Source: Pseudomonadota bacterium (GTDB taxonomy: Bacteria > Bdellovibrionota_B > Oligoflexia > Oligoflexales > CAIYRB01). Taken from it: a stretch of 11,133 nucleotides of DNA. Location: contig JANOTL010000090.1 in NCBI GenBank assembly GCA_031416315.1, positions 1 through 11,133 on the forward strand, given 5' to 3'. The position numbers and the translations under genes were made by a program. Of this stretch, positions 7,980 to 11,133 are shown one piece after another. Below the pieces are notes generated by a model that was not told the origin of the DNA, searched no databases, and saw only the letters and a program-made list of their open reading frames with translations. Position 1 is the first letter of the stretch; every line of letters starts with the position of its first letter.

Positions 7980-9301
7980 TTAACGCCGAATGGCTCGTAG
8001 CCTGATCGGCGCGGCGGGCGCGAGTGTGGCGCCGGGAAGCGGCTTGACCTCGGTGTCCACGTCGAGCCGAAGCTCGTAGCCACGCACGATCGTCGACACG
8101 ACGAGCTTGGCTTCCATCATCGCAAGGGATTGCCCGATGCAGCCTCGGGGGCCGCCGCCAAACGCGAAGAAGGCGCCGGAATCCGCCGAGGCGGCGTCAC
8201 GATCGAACCGATGCGGATCGAATCGCAAGGGATCGGGAAAGTACCGGGCCTGACGATGCAAGAGATACGGCGAGATGTAGATGACGTCACGGCGCCCGAC
8301 CCGAAAGCCGCCGAGGCGCGGCGACGGGGCTGCGGTCGAAGACCCAAACGGGGGGGATAGAGGCGCATAGCCTCGCGAACGACGTTCGACGTGGCGCGGA
8401 GACCTTCGCCGTCGGCCCGCACCAGGTCTTGGGCGCCGGGATTGCGCGCCAAAAGATAGAGCGTCCACGACATGAGCTTTGCCACCGTCTCGTGGCCCGC
8501 GAACAGGAGCGTGACGATGTGGTCGCGTGCCTGCTGAAAGCTCAGCTCTTGCTTCGCGATCCCTGAAGCGAGCGATGAGAGAATGCCGCGGCCTTCTGGG
8601 CTGCGGGCCGAAGTTTCCAGCAGACGCGCCACGAGGCGGTCCACTTGGCGGATCGCAGCTGCTTCACGGCGGTTCCCCGCCGTCGGCATCCAAGCCGGCA
8701 GCGGCATCGAGCGAAAGCGACCGCCGATGGCGTCGGCGAAGTCGCGGAACGCACGGCCGTCTTCGCCTTCGAGCGCCGCCGTCTCCGACTCGGAGCCGAC
8801 GAGAAAACTCAGGATGATCCGCATCGACAGCGCGGTCATCGCGGGCTCGACGTCGACGAGGGTCGATGCCTCCCAGGTGGCCGTCATCCGCGAAGTTTCC
8901 GCATGGATCGGCGCGGCCATCGCCCCGAGGGCACGGGCACCGAAGCTCGGCTGCAGCGTCCGGCGCTGCGTCGCGTGATCCTTGCCCTCGCTTAGAACCA
9001 GGCCGTTGCCGAGAAATTTCCCGACCATGAAGCGGGTCTGACTCGACTTCGAGAAATCTTCCGGTCGCTCGAGCAGGACCTCTCTGGCCAACGCCGCCGA
9101 GTTCAGCACGACGATGCGGTTGAACGGCGACGGACGAATGCAGAAAATGTCGCCGTAATGGTCGGCTGCGTGCGTCAGAAAGCCGAGAAAATCGCGGCGG
9201 ACCAGGCCGAGCTGAGTCCACCAGCCGCCGTCGGGCCCCGGCAGGCGCGGCTCAGAGCGCGCGGCGCGCCTGGGCGTCAACGATGCGGCTTGTGTCGCCA
9301 A
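7980..9301 (-). pseudogene. Cytochrome P450 with two frameshifts (pseudogene or sequencing error)
   Basis: I-helix AGHETVA, K-helix EAMR, DPLRFDPHRF and heme motif FAFGGGPRGCIG. Breaks at the G7 run 8350-8356 and at about 8316. Reconstructed junction: EAMRLYPP/VWVFDRSPVAA/LGGFRVG. Confidence 0.9.
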
Positions 9302-9304
9302 AGC

Positions 9305-10342
9305 TCAGCAGCCCCCGCCAGCCACGAGGACCACGAAGTGTTCCTTATACGTCGGCGCGCGCAAAAGAGTCGCCGCTTCCGCAGACACATCCGTCCGCAC
9401 GCCTCGACGATAGGTATTGCCGCGCTCGTCCGTCACCGACGGGAACGGCCCCTTGTAGACGGCAACGTGGTCCTTCGGTTCGAGCCGCTGCGCGGTCGAC
9501 GCGACAAGCAGATACTCGCGAAATTCGGCGCCACCGAATCCGAAGACGCTCGCATGGCTGAAACGCTTGAGCTCGATGCCGACGAAGTCCGCTTCCTCGA
9601 AGAGAGAGCGCATCTCGGCTTCGGTCGGGACGCGCCGTACGTGGGCCGCAGGCTCCGGAAGTCGCGGCAGCTCCCCGTCTACTTCACGATCCGCGACCAA
9701 AATGTGCGTGGTCATCTTGCCGCCAGGCTGCAGCGCCCGTCGGCATTCTTCGACGATGCGCCACGCCTCGTCACGCGTCATCGCGGCGTTGAAGGTGCCG
9801 CGCAGATTGATCTCTCGCAGCGACGCGTCGGGTGCCGCGATTTTGGCGGGAAAGGCCGACGGAAGCAGGTGCTCGAAAGTTCCGTCGCGGGCTTCGCACG
9901 TCGCGCCGGTGACGGCGTCGGCCCCTCGCGCGGCGCGGGATTCGGCGAGGTCGGCCTCGACCGTGTACACCTCGACCAGATGGCCGTCGGGATCGTTCAT
10001 GTAGATCTTCGATTGGCGCGAAAAACAGCACTCGACCCCGGCTAGATGCTCGAACGCGAGGCCGCGCTCGGCGATGCGCGACGTCGCGTCGACGAGTGCC
10101 GCGCGCGACGCCAACCGGATGCCGAGATGATCGAGGCCCTGGCGGTCCCCGTCGCGCATCGGCTCCAGCGACAGGACGAGCGCGGGGTCTTCGACCTCGA
10201 ATTTCGCGTAGTCGGCGAAGATCTTGGCCGGAGCGACGCCGAGCAAGCGGCCGTAAAATTCGACGCTCTTGCCGAGGTCCTGCACCTTGAGCGAGAGATG
10301 AAACGCCTTGTCCTGGTCCATCGGCATGAAATTCGACCTCAT
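9305..10342 (-). CDS. ArsI/CadI-family VOC metalloenzyme fused to an ArsM-like methyltransferase C-terminal region (about 345 aa)
   Basis: N-domain: FHLSLKV, YAKFEVEDP, LDHLGI, ECCFSRQSKIYMNDPDGHLVEVY (His/His/Glu triad plus vicinal CC). C-domain: ECRRALQPGGK and YKGPFPSVTDERGNTYRRG. Start is ATG 10342 (2 nt after the PhyH stop) or ATG 10327. Confidence 0.8.
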   Translation of the reverse strand: MRSNFMPMDQDKAFHLSLKVQDLGKSVEFYGRLLGVAPAKIFADYAKFEVEDPALVLSLEPMRDGDRQGLDHLGIRLASRAALVDATSRIAERGLAFEHLAGVECCFSRQSKIYMNDPDGHLVEVYTVEADLAESRAARGADAVTGATCEARDGTFEHLLPSAFPAKIAAPDASLREINLRGTFNAAMTRDEAWRIVEECRRALQPGGKMTTHILVADREVDGELPRLPEPAAHVRRVPTEAEMRSLFEEADFVGIELKRFSHASVFGFGGAEFREYLLVASTAQRLEPKDHVAVYKGPFPSVTDERGNTYRRGVRTDVSAEAATLLRAPTYKEHFVVLVAGGGC

Positions 10343-10344
10343 TC

Positions 10345-10795
10345 TCAGCGGAAGTGGGCTTCCTTGGCGCCATACTCTTGGTAGCGCCGACGAAGCCAAG
10401 CGTGGAAGTAGCGATAATGCGCGGCCCGTTGGTCGCCGCCGTCCGACTCTTTGTTGTAGCTCAGGTAGAGCTGGCGGCGCTGCGCCTCACTGCGGTTGGG
10501 TCCGGAACCATGAATCGCATGGCAGCCGAAGATGACGGCGTCGCCGGGCTCGAGCGCGATTTTCACGCGCTCCGCGGCGTCGAAATCGACCTCGGAAAGG
10601 TCGTGAAAGTCGCCGTCACGCGGCGATAGGTAGCCTCGCGCGTGGCTCCCGCGGACGAGCTCGACGCAGCCGTTGCCTTCCTTCGCCGCGTCCAGGGCGA
10701 TCATGACGGTCAAGAAGGACGTCGGAAAGAAGGGCCAGGCGATGAAGTCCTGGTGCCACGGATACCCGGGCGAGCCGCTCGGCTTGAAGATCAGC
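10345..10795 (-). pseudogene. Phytanoyl-CoA dioxygenase (PhyH) family Fe(II)/2-oxoglutarate enzyme, 5'-truncated
   Basis: The frame extends upstream of the track ORF: LIFKPSGSPGYPWHQDF...IALDAAKEGNGC...GSH...LEPGDAVIF...HGSGPNRS, giving the HxD...H triad. It begins abruptly at an in-frame TAG supplied by the hairpin at 10796, with no start codon or N-terminal part. Confidence 0.85.
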
Positions 10796-10849
10796 TAGAC
10801 CCTGGCGCGAAAGCGCCAGGGTCTATCCCGAGCGGAGCGAGGGATCTCG
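10796..10849. repeat. Left repeat unit: 30-nt perfect hairpin plus 24-nt REP-like arm
   Basis: TAGACCCTGGCGC-GAAA-GCGCCAGGGTCTA (10796-10825, 13-bp stem) followed by TCCCGAGCGGAGCGAGGGATCTCG (10826-10849). Confidence 0.92.
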
Positions 10850-10884
10850 GCGATTACACCTGCGCCGCCGCTTCCCGGCACCAT

Positions 10885-11019
10885 CATGGGGGGCAGCTCG
10901 GAAGAAGTCGCATGAAGAGCGACGCGGCAACACTGGCCGCCGGGTACGCCTCTGTCCTCGGCTTCAATCTGCGGCGACTGACCAGGGCGCAGCGAGCAGG
11001 GAAGGCAAAGTCTGCATGA
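10885..11019 (+). mobile_element. IS5-family-like transposase C-terminal remnant
   Basis: HGGQLGRSRMKSDAATLAAGYASVLGFNLRRLTR resembles the IS5 transposase tail pattern H..GR.R.K......a......GyNLR.l. No catalytic core is present. Confidence 0.6.
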
Positions 11020-11079
11020 TCATTGCCGGGGAATCCGGCGAGAGCGAGGGTCGCGTGACGGACGCTATGGGTAGCGCCG

Positions 11080-11133
11080 CGAGATCCCTCGCTCCGCTCG
11101 GGATAGACCCTGGCGCGAAAGCGCCAGGGTCTA
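11080..11133. repeat. Right repeat unit: inverted 24-nt arm plus the same 30-nt hairpin
   Basis: 11080-11103 is the exact reverse complement of 10826-10849, and 11104-11133 is identical to 10796-10825. Confidence 0.92.

Noticed and set aside
8350..8356. Programmed frameshift or phase-variable switch in the P450
   Set aside because: A second independent break at about 8316 would still truncate the protein.
9158..10045. Long antisense or alternate-frame ORFs (also 952-1563, 1975-2661, 3236-3844, 6270-6860 and others)
   Set aside because: They are shadows of well-supported genes in GC-rich DNA and have no recognisable motifs, apart from the short receiver-like piece at 2584-2619 reported separately.
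10796..10825. Intrinsic terminator
   Set aside because: No U-tract on either side, and the hairpin is part of a larger repeat unit.
10642..11019. 125-aa + strand ORF as a real gene
   Set aside because: It is a chimera of PhyH antisense sequence, repeat sequence and the transposase tail.
10796..11133. CRISPR array, suggested by two identical 30-nt palindromes
   Set aside because: Only two copies, 278 nt apart, with inverted flanking arms and no cas genes.

Overview
GC-rich bacterial DNA. Left arm (+): the 3' end of an ankyrin-repeat gene, a lipoprotein, and a DUF853/YjgR-type HerA-like ATPase, converging on a frameshifted receiver-domain remnant. Centre (-): a translationally coupled metal (probably Zn) uptake operon encoding a lipoprotein, a small outer-membrane barrel, and ZnuA-, ZnuC- and ZnuB-like proteins. 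The operon is headed by a Zur-box-like palindrome and a His-rich leader ORF ending in RAPP, followed by a C-rich/G-poor spacer. This is a candidate CruR/DUF2946-like ribosome-arrest metal sensor using His rather than CxxC, and is the best novel-system candidate here. Right arm (-): a 5'-truncated PhyH dioxygenase, an ArsI/CadI enzyme fused to an ArsM-like C-terminal region, and a doubly frameshifted cytochrome P450, possibly an organoarsenical pathway. The window ends in a hairpin/REP-like inverted-repeat cassette enclosing an IS5-like transposase tail. All family assignments come from motif recognition by eye; no searches were run.
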